Source of the DNA: Methylophilaceae bacterium
Lineage (GTDB): Bacteria; Pseudomonadota; Gammaproteobacteria; Burkholderiales; Methylophilaceae
NCBI GenBank assembly: GCA_029244935.1
Contig: JAQWQF010000011.1
Span: forward strand, 1,650 to 65,649
Length of the DNA: 64,000 bases
Reading direction: 5' to 3'
In this document: positions 1-8,089 of the stretch, piece by piece
Position numbering within the stretch: position 1 is the first letter of the stretch
Layout of the letters: each line of letters begins with the position of its first letter
Notes under the pieces: model-generated
Told to the model about the DNA's origin: nothing
Databases searched by the model: none
Seen by the model: only the letters and a program-made list of their open reading frames with translations
Position numbers and translations under genes: made by a program

Positions 1-110
1 GAGCCACTTGTTCTTGGATCTGATAATTTAAAAAGATAGCTAATTATTATCCCAAAGGATAACGAACCAACAAAATAAGCCATTAAAACAGGGGTGATTT
101 GATTTATCAT
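1..110 (-). CDS. plsY: Glycerol-3-phosphate acyltransferase PlsY, N-terminal fragment (gene runs off the left edge)
   Basis: Not in the ORF track because there is no stop in the window. The reverse complement from ATG at 110-108 reads MINQITPVLMAYFVGSLSFGIIISYLFKLSDPRTSGS. This matches the PlsY N-terminus including the DPRTSGSGN motif region. It is divergent from folB, as in many proteobacteria. Confidence 0.8.
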   Translation of the reverse strand, partial: MINQITPVLMAYFVGSLSFGIIISYLFKLSDPRTSG

Positions 111-144
111 ATAGTTAATTATATTTCAAAACTGCTTATCATTC

Positions 145-492
145 ATGACAAACCATATTTTTCTTCACGGAATTAATCTTAAGACTAAAATTGGTGTTTC
201 TGCTGCCGAAAGATCTTCACCACAAATACTAATAATAGATATTGATATTGAACTAAATAAAACTACTAAATTTGAAAATGATAATATCAATGACACAATT
301 GATTACTCTAAAATTGAATATTTAATTAAAGAAATAGGTGAGCTCCATCACTATAAATTACTTGAATCATTAGGTGAAGAAATTACGAACAAGATTAAGA
401 AAAAATTTGATGTGAAGAAAATTTTAATTAAAATAAATAAGAAAAATATTTTACCTAATACAGATTTTGTTGGAGTTATATTAGAACGCTAA
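145..492 (+). CDS. folB: Dihydroneopterin aldolase
   Basis: 115-aa ORF of the right size. The N-terminus (IFLHGINLKTKIGVSAAERSSPQILIIDIDIEL ... DTIDYSKI) is typical of FolB, and it is adjacent to plsY. Confidence 0.8.
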   Translation: MTNHIFLHGINLKTKIGVSAAERSSPQILIIDIDIELNKTTKFENDNINDTIDYSKIEYLIKEIGELHHYKLLESLGEEITNKIKKKFDVKKILIKINKKNILPNTDFVGVILER

Positions 493-507
493 AGTCATCT
501 TTATTTT

Positions 508-1395
508 TTATCCGCGAGGATGATGTTCTTGGTGAATTTTTTTAAGTCTCTCTCTAGCTACATGAGTATAAATTTGTGTTGTCGAAATATCACTGTGCCC
601 AAGTAACATTTGGACCACCCTAAGGTCCGCTCCATGATTAATTAAATGAGTTGCAAATGCATGTCTCAAAACATGGGGGGAAAGAGGTATATCGATATTA
701 GCGACTAAGGCGTATTTTTTTATCAGGTACCAAAAAGCTTGGCGAGTCATAGCACTCCCTCTTGCAGTAACAAATAAATACTTTGATGTTTTCTTTCTTA
801 AAATATTATGTCGCGCATCAGCAATGTATTGCTGAACAAATTCTACAGCTTCTTCTCCCATGGGGACAAGTCTTGTTTTATTTCCTTTACCCGTTACTCT
901 AACAACTCCATCACTTATAATAACCTCTGTTAATAAAATACTAACTAATTCTGTTACTCTAAGTCCGCAAGCATATAACAATTCAAGCATAGCCTTATCT
1001 CTTATACCCATCGGTGATTTCAAATTAGGTGCGCTGAGGAGAGACTCTACTTCCGCTTCATTCAAACTTTTCGGTAATGTTTTTGGAGTTTTTGGTGATT
1101 GTATTTTTAATGTAGGATCTTGATCAATTTTCTTTTCTCTAAGCAAGAACCTATACAATCTTCTTAAGGTTGCTAATAATCTAGAAATACTCCTAGCTTG
1201 TGATGTTGGAAATTTATACGCCAAATATTGCTGAATCTCTAATTGAGAAACATGAATCAGATCAATATTTCCATCTTTTGAAAGCCAGTCTGCGAACAAC
1301 GTAAGGTCAAACCGATAGCTATTTAGTGTATTTTTTGATAGGCCGTCTTCAAGCCATAAATGATCAATAAATTGATCAATGATTTTAGTATTCAT
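508..1395 (-). CDS. xerD: Site-specific tyrosine recombinase XerD
   Basis: 295 aa. The C-terminus LSPHVLRHAFATHLINHGADLRVVQMLLGHSDISTTQIYTHVARERLKKIHQEHHPRG is almost identical to the E. coli XerD catalytic region (RHRH + Tyr). Confidence 0.93.
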   Translation of the reverse strand: MNTKIIDQFIDHLWLEDGLSKNTLNSYRFDLTLFADWLSKDGNIDLIHVSQLEIQQYLAYKFPTSQARSISRLLATLRRLYRFLLREKKIDQDPTLKIQSPKTPKTLPKSLNEAEVESLLSAPNLKSPMGIRDKAMLELLYACGLRVTELVSILLTEVIISDGVVRVTGKGNKTRLVPMGEEAVEFVQQYIADARHNILRKKTSKYLFVTARGSAMTRQAFWYLIKKYALVANIDIPLSPHVLRHAFATHLINHGADLRVVQMLLGHSDISTTQIYTHVARERLKKIHQEHHPRG

Positions 1396-1454
1396 AATTG
1401 ACGAAGTCGTTCTAGATTAGTCATTAGATTATCAATTTGGCTTGTAAGTAATTC

Positions 1455-1483
1455 AATATAATCCCGACAAAATATAATTGCAA
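1455..1483 (-). promoter_or_regulatory. Candidate sigma-70 promoter for xerD (TTGCAA-17 nt-TATATT on the minus strand)
   Basis: Read directly: -35 TTGCAA at 1483-1478 and -10 TATATT at 1460-1455 with a 17-nt spacer. It lies between the rplS terminator and the xerD start. AT-rich DNA produces such matches by chance. Confidence 0.35.
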
Positions 1484-1484
1484 C

Positions 1485-1510
1485 AAAAAAGCCCCATTAA
1501 GGGGCTTTTC
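1485..1510 (-). terminator. Rho-independent terminator downstream of rplS
   Basis: AAAAGCCCC (1487-1495), loop ATTAA, GGGGCTTTT (1501-1509). On the minus strand the 9-bp stem is followed by a T-run. It sits 22 nt after the rplS stop. Confidence 0.8.
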
Positions 1511-1531
1511 TATGTACTAGCTAATATTAAA

Positions 1532-2119
1532 TTAATTATCTGATTTTTTTTGCGCTTCGGCTTCTGGAGCTGCTTCTGCTTTAGGCGCTTCAGCTTCTGG
1601 AGCTGCTTCTGCTTTAGGCGCTTCAGCTTCTGGAGCTGCTTCTGCTTTAGGCGCTTCGGCTTCTGGAGCTGCTTCTGCTTTAGGCGCTTCAGCTTCTGGA
1701 GCTGCTTCTGCTTTAGGTGCTTCTACTTCAGGAATAACTTCAAACTCAGTATCACTCGTACGAATTTTAAGTCGCTCTTTAATTCGTGCTGATTTACCTG
1801 AAAGATCTCTCAAGTAAAATAGTTTTGCCCTTCTTACGTCGCCTCTTCTTTTAACAACAATGCTTTCTATTAATGGTGAATGCAACTGAAATGTTCTTTC
1901 AATTCCCTCACCCTCTGAAATTTTTCTTACAATAAATGATGAATTAAGGCCTCGATTCTTTTTAGCTATTACTAGTCCTTCAAAAACTTGAACCCTCTTT
2001 CTTGTTCCTTCGACTACATTTACTCCGACAGTAATTGTATCGCCTGGTGCAAATTTAGGAATCTTCTTTCCAAGTCGCGCAATTTCCTCACGCTCTAATG
2101 TTTCAATAATATTTGCCAT
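1532..2119 (-). CDS. rplS: 50S ribosomal protein L19 with an unusual 75-aa repetitive C-terminal extension
   Basis: Residues 1 to ~118 are a canonical bL19 ([50 protein letters not shown]...). It is the last gene of rpsP-rimM-trmD-rplS. The tail is ([11 protein letters not shown])n. Confidence 0.95.
   Translation of the reverse strand: MANIIETLEREEIARLGKKIPKFAPGDTITVGVNVVEGTRKRVQVFEGLVIAKKNRGLNSSFIVRKISEGEGIERTFQLHSPLIESIVVKRRGDVRRAKLFYLRDLSGKSARIKERLKIRTSDTEFEVIPEVEAPKAEAAPEAEAPKAEAAPEAEAPKAEAAPEAEAPKAEAAPEAEAPKAEAAPEAEAQKKSDN
1553..1729 (-). repeat. 33-bp tandem repeat, about 5.4 copies, coding ([11 protein letters not shown])n inside rplS
   Basis: The plus-strand unit GCGCTTC[G/A]GCTTCTGGAGCTGCTTCTGCTTTAG starts at 1553, 1586, 1619, 1652 and 1685, with a partial sixth copy. 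Full copies differ only at one synonymous G/A position. The unit is about 55% G+C, well above the surrounding DNA. Confidence 0.95.
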
Positions 2120-2136
2120 TGTTTAGTTCCTTTTAG

Positions 2137-2925
2137 TTATAAAAAGTCTTGTTCCTGCTCATTTTTTATTTCGTCAAGCAGACGAGACTCTTCTTTTGTC
2201 AACAACCTTTCGGCTAATAAATCTGGACGTTTTATCCAGGTTATTCTTAACGACTCTTTAAGTCGCCATATTCTTATTTTTTCATGGTCACCCGATATTA
2301 AAACATCAGGGACCTTAATGCTGTTATAAATCTCTGGCCTTGTAAAATGTGGGTGGTCTAATAAGCCATTAACAAACGAATCCTGTATTGCTGATTCTGC
2401 ATCATTTAATACCCCAGGTAATTGTCTAACCATACAATCCATTAGCATCATGGTTGGAAGCTCTCCTCCACTTGTTACAAAATCACCAACTGAAATTTCT
2501 TCATCAATCCATGCACCAATTCTTTCATCAATCCCTTCATAGCGACTAGCAATTAAAATTAAGTTTTTTTTCTTTACTAGATCTTTAACCAACTTATGTT
2601 TTAATGTTTTACCCCTTGGCGTCATATGAATGACCTTACTATTACTAAATCCTAGTGCTTCTTGTCTTTTCTTGGCAGCTTTAATTGATTTAACAATTGG
2701 ATCTGCCATCATTAACATTCCAGGTCCACCGCCATATGTTCTATCATCAACTGTTTTATGTTCATTATGAGAAAAATCTCTGGGGTTCCATAAATGGAGA
2801 TCCACATTTTTTTCTTTAAATGCTCTACCAACTACCCCGTAATCAGTCAATGCCAGATACATTTCTGGCATTAAAGTTATGACATCAAAGGTAAATTTTA
2901 CCTTAGAAATTTTCATCCCAATCAA
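2137..2925 (-). CDS. trmD: tRNA (guanine37-N1)-methyltransferase TrmD
   Basis: 262 aa with typical TrmD motifs (DDRTYGGGPGMLM, SRYEGIDERI, SVGDFVTSGGELP). The true start may be the ATG at 2916 (MKISKV...). It overlaps the rimM 3' end. Confidence 0.95.
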   Translation of the reverse strand: MIGMKISKVKFTFDVITLMPEMYLALTDYGVVGRAFKEKNVDLHLWNPRDFSHNEHKTVDDRTYGGGPGMLMMADPIVKSIKAAKKRQEALGFSNSKVIHMTPRGKTLKHKLVKDLVKKKNLILIASRYEGIDERIGAWIDEEISVGDFVTSGGELPTMMLMDCMVRQLPGVLNDAESAIQDSFVNGLLDHPHFTRPEIYNSIKVPDVLISGDHEKIRIWRLKESLRITWIKRPDLLAERLLTKEESRLLDEIKNEQEQDFL

Positions 2926-3403
2926 CTAGGACATTTTTCTTATCTAAATCAATCTTTAGAATCACGTCACTCAAATAGGGAATTAACGTTTCCTTTAAAT
3001 CTTTTACAACTAATACATCATTAGAGCCAGTTTCCATTATTGAATCTATAATGCCAAAATTGAAACCCGACTGATTTATTACCTCCAGACCAATTAGATC
3101 TGACCAGTAATATTTCCCTTTTTCTAATGCAGGCAAATCAATTTTATTAATACCAATTAAAAACCCTTTAAGTTCATCTGCATCATTTCTGTCATTTACA
3201 TGCTCAATCTTAGATAGCATTGTTCTACCTTGTATTGATGAACTTTCAACCTTAAATTCTTTCCATTTATTTTCATCTTTGGATAAAAACCAAGAAGAAA
3301 ATTTACCTAAGGTTTTTAGATCTTCAGTAAATGGCTGAATTTTCAACCAGCCCTTAATTCCATGAGGGCCAACTATTTTACCCATAACAACAAATTTATT
3401 CAT
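2903..3403 (-). CDS. rimM: 16S rRNA processing protein RimM
   Basis: 166 aa. GKIVGPHGIKGWLKIQPFTED is the RimM N-terminal signature. The position between rpsP and trmD is conserved. Confidence 0.92.
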   Translation of the reverse strand: MNKFVVMGKIVGPHGIKGWLKIQPFTEDLKTLGKFSSWFLSKDENKWKEFKVESSSIQGRTMLSKIEHVNDRNDADELKGFLIGINKIDLPALEKGKYYWSDLIGLEVINQSGFNFGIIDSIMETGSNDVLVVKDLKETLIPYLSDVILKIDLDKKNVLVDWDENF

Positions 3404-3427
3404 TTGTTTAGTAGATCAATAACAACC

Positions 3428-3799
3428 TTATTTATCTGCCGCTGGAGCCTCTGCTTCTGCCGCTGCAAGTTCTGCTGCTTTCTCTGAAGCTTTTTTCGCT
3501 TTTTTCGCCTCAGTCTTTTCTAAATCTTTTTTCTTCATAGCTGCGAGGCCTTCAGGCCCCTTTGCATTTAACTTAACAATACGGCTCATAGTTTCTGACA
3601 ATAATGCTCCATGGCTTTGCCAATATGTTATTCGCTCTAAATTTAATTTTAATGCTTCAGCTCCATCTCTTGCCATTGGGTTGTAGAAGCCAACACGCTC
3701 GATAAATCTGCCATCTCTTCGCTTCTTTGAATCAGCCACAACAACGTTAAAATAAGGTCTATTTTTAGATCCACCTCTTGAAAGTCTAATAATTACCAT
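3428..3799 (-). CDS. rpsP: 30S ribosomal protein S16 with an Ala/Glu/Lys-rich C-terminal extension
   Basis: [41 protein letters not shown] is canonical bS16. It is 123 aa against about 82 aa for the core. The tail is [35 protein letters not shown]. Confidence 0.95.
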   Translation of the reverse strand: MVIIRLSRGGSKNRPYFNVVVADSKKRRDGRFIERVGFYNPMARDGAEALKLNLERITYWQSHGALLSETMSRIVKLNAKGPEGLAAMKKKDLEKTEAKKAKKASEKAAELAAAEAEAPAADK

Positions 3800-3842
3800 A
3801 ATTTATTCTCTTCACTAAATAATTTTCTACAGAAAGGGCGAA

Positions 3843-3872
3843 ATTTTACGCTATTTTGAGCAACTTTGGCAA
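3843..3872 (-). promoter_or_regulatory. Candidate sigma-70 promoter of the rpsP-rimM-trmD-rplS operon (TTGCCA-18 nt-TAAAAT)
   Basis: On the minus strand, -35 TTGCCA at 3872-3867 and -10 TAAAAT at 3848-3843. This is about 44 nt upstream of the rpsP ATG, in the 113-bp gap after queC. Confidence 0.4.
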
Positions 3873-3912
3873 GTTAATTGTTATCCATTGCTCATTTTCG
3901 ATTGTCATAAAG

Positions 3913-4593
3913 CTAAGCAGAAATTATATATTGAGTAGGATCTTTAATATTTGCCTGCTTAAAACCTTCTTTTCTTAGTCGGCAAGAGTCACACTTTCCA
4001 CATGCGCGACCATCTTGGTCAGCTTGATAACATGATACCGTCGAAGAATAATCTATATTCGACTTTTTACCTATACAAATAATTTCAGATTTAGACAAAT
4101 TAATTAAGGGTGTATGTATCTTTATCTTCCTTCCCTCAATAGCAGTCTTCGTAGCTAAATTTGCCATTTTCTGAAAACTAGCAATGTATTCTGGCCGACA
4201 ATCTGGATAACCAGAATAATCTACTGCATTTACACCTATAAAAATATCTTGACTTTTAATTGTTTCAGCCCACGCCATGGCTAATGTCATCATAATAGTA
4301 TTTCTTGCTGGGACATAAGTTGAGGGGATTCCTTCAGAGGCAGTCTCTGGAATATCCATCTTCTCATTCGTTAGCGAAGAACTTTTTAGCCAACTGAGAT
4401 CAATGTTAACAACTTTATGTTCTTTGATATTAAAAAAATTTGCTATATTGTCTGCTGCTGCTAATTCTGCATGATGTCTTTGTTGATAATTGATTGTCAT
4501 AGCGAAGCAGTCGTAGCCTTCGTTTGATGCAATACCCAAAACTGTAGCTGAATCTAATCCCCCAGATAATAATATAACTGCTTTTTTAGACAC
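3913..4593 (-). CDS. queC: 7-cyano-7-deazaguanine synthase QueC
   Basis: 226 aa with the PP-loop LLSGGLDSAT and the C-terminal zinc cluster CGKCDSCRLR. Confidence 0.94.
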   Translation of the reverse strand: MSKKAVILLSGGLDSATVLGIASNEGYDCFAMTINYQQRHHAELAAADNIANFFNIKEHKVVNIDLSWLKSSSLTNEKMDIPETASEGIPSTYVPARNTIMMTLAMAWAETIKSQDIFIGVNAVDYSGYPDCRPEYIASFQKMANLATKTAIEGRKIKIHTPLINLSKSEIICIGKKSNIDYSSTVSCYQADQDGRACGKCDSCRLRKEGFKQANIKDPTQYIISA

Positions 4594-5236
4594 CTTTTTT
4601 ATTGCCCCAAATAATTTTATGCAGTTGTAATTGTAACCTTACTGGAAGATTATCTCTTAATATCCAAGAAGCTAATAATTCTGGATTAATCTCGCCATGA
4701 ACAGGAGATAAGAGAATTGCTCCTTTCCCCACTAAATTCTTATTTTTTATTATTTTTTTTGCCCATTCATAATCTTTTTCATCCTTAATCACAATCTTAA
4801 TTTCATCATTTGACTTAATCAATGACAAGTTATTCCAGTCATTATTCTCAACTTCTCCGGATCCAGGAGTTTTAATATCTAAAATAATTTTTATTCTAGG
4901 GTCGATATTTTTTATAGAAACTGCACCTCCAGTTTCAAGTGAAACCTCATAGTTTAAATCACTAAGCTCGCTTAAAAAATTAAAGCAAGATTTTTGTGCC
5001 AGGGGCTCCCCCCCTGTAACTGTTACAAACTTTGTACCGTATTGTTTAATTTCGTCGAAAATTTGCTCAAATGTATAGTTCTTCCCATCATGAAAAGCAT
5101 ACGCAGTATCACAGTAAACGCAGCGCATTGGGCAGCCTGTTGTACGAATAAAAACTGTAGGCAACCCAATACGTGTCGACTCTCCCTGAACGGAATAAAA
5201 AATTTCATTAATTTTTAAAGATTCAGATATAGGCAC
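4586..5236 (-). CDS. queE: 7-carboxy-7-deazaguanine synthase QueE (radical SAM)
   Basis: 216 aa. It starts with the EIFYSVQGES motif and has the radical-SAM cluster CPMRCVYCDT. It overlaps queC by 8 nt. Confidence 0.92.
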   Translation of the reverse strand: MPISESLKINEIFYSVQGESTRIGLPTVFIRTTGCPMRCVYCDTAYAFHDGKNYTFEQIFDEIKQYGTKFVTVTGGEPLAQKSCFNFLSELSDLNYEVSLETGGAVSIKNIDPRIKIILDIKTPGSGEVENNDWNNLSLIKSNDEIKIVIKDEKDYEWAKKIIKNKNLVGKGAILLSPVHGEINPELLASWILRDNLPVRLQLQLHKIIWGNKKGV

Positions 5237-5251
5237 AATGTGATAAAAATA

Positions 5252-6193
5252 TTAAAGTTTGATTGATTCTAGGGCTTTTAGCCTTTTCTTAGCGCTAGGA
5301 ATAATTTCAGCATTGGGAAATTTCTTAATTAAATTTCGTAAGGTTTTCTTAGCTTTGGTAATACGTGTTAGCTGAATTTGGCAGTTTGCAATCCCATATA
5401 ATGCTTCAGGTAAAATACTACTTTCCGGATGAAGTTTAGAAATTTTTGTATAAGTCTTTATTGCAGCCTTATAATTTTTTAGAGTAAATTGAGAGTAACC
5501 TAAGTTATATTTAGCTTCGGCAATTAATTCTGAATTGGGGTAATTGATTACAAATTTATCGAATGCTGCAAACGCTTCCTTATACTTTGTAGCCCTTAAA
5601 AGGGCTTTTGCTTCTGAAAACTCATCAATTTCAATATTTTTATCGACTAGTAATGGTAGATTCTCATCAACAATATCAATCTCTTCAGGGGAGATATTCT
5701 CATCAACAACATTAATGTTTTCAGGATCTATTTTTTGCTGGTCTACATCTCTTGCTATTTCTTTATTAATTGATTCTTGAGGAACATCCGGGTTAATTGT
5801 ATTTTCTTCTTGTCCCTTTAAAACTTCAGGTAGTGATTCTCTCTTCTCTTCTTTTGGCAAAGATTCAATCTTCAATTCAAGGCCAGTAAGCCTCTCATTT
5901 ATTTCTTGATAAAGAATCTTTTGTCTTTCCTCGGAATTTTTGCTTTGGAACTGAAGCACTTCTATCTCACCATTTAGAGTCCGAATCTGATCAAGAATAC
6001 CATTTAATTCATTTTGAAATTTTACGAGATTTTGATTCTTAAGTGCCTGACTAACCTTATAATCTATATTACTTTGGATATTATCAAGTTGGTCTTGTAT
6101 ACTATTTAGCTTCTTTCTTGCTTCCTCGTCTTCGAATATAGCGAAGGCAGAATGTGCAACAAATAAAAGACCAACCCAAAAATATTTTTTCAT
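5252..6193 (-). CDS. cpoB: Tol-Pal system protein CpoB/YbgF (coiled coil + TPR)
   Basis: 313 aa with a signal peptide, an N-terminal coiled coil and a C-terminal TPR region (YKEAFAAFDKFVINYPNSELIAEAKYNLGYSQF...). It lies immediately downstream of pal. Confidence 0.88.
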   Translation of the reverse strand: MKKYFWVGLLFVAHSAFAIFEDEEARKKLNSIQDQLDNIQSNIDYKVSQALKNQNLVKFQNELNGILDQIRTLNGEIEVLQFQSKNSEERQKILYQEINERLTGLELKIESLPKEEKRESLPEVLKGQEENTINPDVPQESINKEIARDVDQQKIDPENINVVDENISPEEIDIVDENLPLLVDKNIEIDEFSEAKALLRATKYKEAFAAFDKFVINYPNSELIAEAKYNLGYSQFTLKNYKAAIKTYTKISKLHPESSILPEALYGIANCQIQLTRITKAKKTLRNLIKKFPNAEIIPSAKKRLKALESIKL

Positions 6194-6212
6194 TAACTAC
6201 TTTTTATTAAAA

Positions 6213-6710
6213 TTACTCGCCTACGTAGACAATATCAGCACGTCTATCTTGATCACACGCAGAACCAGTACATTCTTGATTAGCATATTCTTCGCCATAG
6301 CTGACAGTTTCAACATTATTATTGCCGATACCTAGACCATTTAAAGAATCACTTACTGCAACAGAACGTTTTTGACCTAATGAAAGGTTGTATTCATGCG
6401 ACCCTCTAAAATCAGCGTTTCCATGAATCGCTACTGCTACATTATACTTACTAATAAATTCAGCATGCGCTGCCAACATATCACTATATTCTGGTTTAAT
6501 ATCGTATTTATTAAATCCAAAATATACACTTCTTTCAGATAACAATGGGTTACTTGCTAGTTCGTCCATAGCTGCAGCAGATAACTCTGCAGTTTGTGAT
6601 GTTAACTCAGGAAATGGTGCATTTAGGCCCATAGATTCTTGAATTTCAGTAGAACTACAACCAAACAATAATGATGATAAAAGTGTTCCTATAAGTAGTG
6701 ATTTTTTCAT
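6213..6710 (-). CDS. pal: Peptidoglycan-associated lipoprotein Pal
   Basis: 165 aa with the lipobox LLFGCSS and an OmpA-like domain (VYFGFNKYDIKPEY ... HGNADFRGSHEYNLSLGQKRS). It lies between tolB and cpoB. Confidence 0.94.
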   Translation of the reverse strand: MKKSLLIGTLLSSLLFGCSSTEIQESMGLNAPFPELTSQTAELSAAAMDELASNPLLSERSVYFGFNKYDIKPEYSDMLAAHAEFISKYNVAVAIHGNADFRGSHEYNLSLGQKRSVAVSDSLNGLGIGNNNVETVSYGEEYANQECTGSACDQDRRADIVYVGE

Positions 6711-6763
6711 TTTAAATTTATACTCCCTATGTAATATTAAGATAATAATAACACTTTATAATG

Positions 6764-8086
6764 CTAATTTGATACTATTGGTCCCCAACTTGATTCCTGT
6801 ATTGATTCAGAACCAACTTTTAAGGGTGTAACCTTTAGCCCATTTACCGACACTGTACCAATTTTTGTCCTTTTTCCATAGTCTTTATAGGTAAATAATA
6901 TCATATGTCCATTTGGAGAAAATATAGGCGACTCATCATGTGGGCCCTTAGTAAGCTTTAAAACCTGATTAGAGGCAAGGTTTTGAACTGCTACTCGAAA
7001 TTTTCCATTTTCTTGGGTTAAAAATAAAAGTAATTTTCCATCAGGTGACAAGCTAGGGCTTAAATTATATTTTCCTTCAAAAGTTACTCTATTAACATCA
7101 GTTACACCATCAACATTAACTTTATATATTTGTGGATTACCCCCTCGATCGGAGGAAAAAAATATTTCCTTACCATCAGGTGACCAGGCAGGCTCTGTAT
7201 TAATTGATCGTGTCCGCATTAGTTGCTTAATATCGCTTCCATCACTATTAATAATATAAATTTGTGAGTTGGCACTATAGGTTAGAACAATAGCTAGTTT
7301 TTTACTATCTGGCGACCAAGCGGGGGCACTATTATTACCTTTAAAATTAGCTACAAGTATTCTTTTCCCTGTAGTTAAATCTTGAACATAAATAACTGGT
7401 TTCTTCTTTTCAAATGAAACATAAGCTATTTTTTTTCCATCTGGAGACCACCGGGGAGAAATAATAGGCTGCGAAGAATTTACAATCGCTTTTTGATTAA
7501 AACCATCATAATCTGAAACATATAAACCATATATTTTATCTGATTTTTTCTTTACAAATACAATTCTTGTGTGAAATACGCCCGGACTTCCAGTTAATTT
7601 CTCATAGACAAGGTCAGAAATCTTATGGGCAATTGCTCGATATTGTCTATTTGTACCAGAAAATTCCATAGATAGAATAGTCTTTTCCTTATAAATATCA
7701 ATTAAGCTCCAGCGAGTTGTTAGTCTATTTTTTATTGTTATAATTTTTCCAACTACTAAAAATTGTGCTTGTAGTGCGGACCAATTACTAAAGTTTATGA
7801 GCATATCACTATCAGGAATATTCGATACACCGCTAGTATTCAAGGAAGAGAATAATCCTGAGCGCTCTAAATCATTAGCAATAATCTTATGCATTTTTTC
7901 AAGACTAGTATTATTTTTTTCTTCATTAAAGGGGGTAATTGCTATCGGAATTTGACTTGCTTTACCCCCTAAAATCTCAATAACTTCAATCGAATTGGAT
8001 GGGTAACTTAATGTGACAAGTAATATAAGAAAAATAAAATGATGTATGTAATTTTTTATAACTTTCATTTTAATTATCATACACAA
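6764..8086 (-). CDS. tolB: Tol-Pal system beta-propeller protein TolB
   Basis: 440 aa with repeated propeller motifs (PRWSPDGKKIAYVSF, PAWSPDSKKLA, PAWSPDGKEIFFSSDR). The start may be the ATG at 8068 (MKVIKNY..., signal peptide). Confidence 0.94.
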   Translation of the reverse strand: MCMIIKMKVIKNYIHHFIFLILLVTLSYPSNSIEVIEILGGKASQIPIAITPFNEEKNNTSLEKMHKIIANDLERSGLFSSLNTSGVSNIPDSDMLINFSNWSALQAQFLVVGKIITIKNRLTTRWSLIDIYKEKTILSMEFSGTNRQYRAIAHKISDLVYEKLTGSPGVFHTRIVFVKKKSDKIYGLYVSDYDGFNQKAIVNSSQPIISPRWSPDGKKIAYVSFEKKKPVIYVQDLTTGKRILVANFKGNNSAPAWSPDSKKLAIVLTYSANSQIYIINSDGSDIKQLMRTRSINTEPAWSPDGKEIFFSSDRGGNPQIYKVNVDGVTDVNRVTFEGKYNLSPSLSPDGKLLLFLTQENGKFRVAVQNLASNQVLKLTKGPHDESPIFSPNGHMILFTYKDYGKRTKIGTVSVNGLKVTPLKVGSESIQESSWGPIVSN

Positions 8087-8089
8087 ATA

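Noticed and set aside
860-1123. Antisense or embedded ORFs throughout the track
   Set aside because: Each lies entirely inside a well-supported conserved gene on the opposite strand or in another frame. They have odd, low-complexity or Cys/Ser/Phe-rich compositions, lack ribosome-binding context and match no family I recognise. These are typical shadow ORFs. The ORFs concerned are 860-1123, 4994-5218, 5023-5208, 5544-5780, 12826-13050, 14766-15185, 15828-16106, 18162-18374, 18803-19075, 20389-20595, 24562-24873, 24886-25092, 25113-25295, 28295-28627, 31386-31577, 32007-32243, 33045-33281, 34839-35021, 37083-37367, 37704-37934, 40830-41033, 41592-41807, 43703-44464, 44867-45187, 47696-48319, 48529-48762, 50593-50805, 52159-52710, 53813-54166, 56930-57160, 60443-60676, 62673-62858 and 62940-63131.
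1553-1729. Regularly spaced direct repeats that could be mistaken for a CRISPR array
   Set aside because: The 33-bp units are directly adjacent with no spacers, are in frame within rplS, and there are no cas genes. It is a coding tandem repeat.
1550-1792. Plus-strand ORF of 80 aa with the repeat FWSCFCFRR... listed in the track
   Set aside because: It is the antisense shadow of the L19 tandem-repeat tail. It is open only because the repeat lacks stops in that frame, and its composition (Phe/Cys/Trp/Ser/Arg) is not protein-like.
5640-5800. Acidic repetitive segment in CpoB (IDPENINVVDENISPEEIDIVDEN...) as a possible inserted element
   Set aside because: It is in frame and lies between the coiled coil and the TPR domain, where CpoB/YbgF linkers are variable. 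There is no DNA-level repeat or mobile-element signature.
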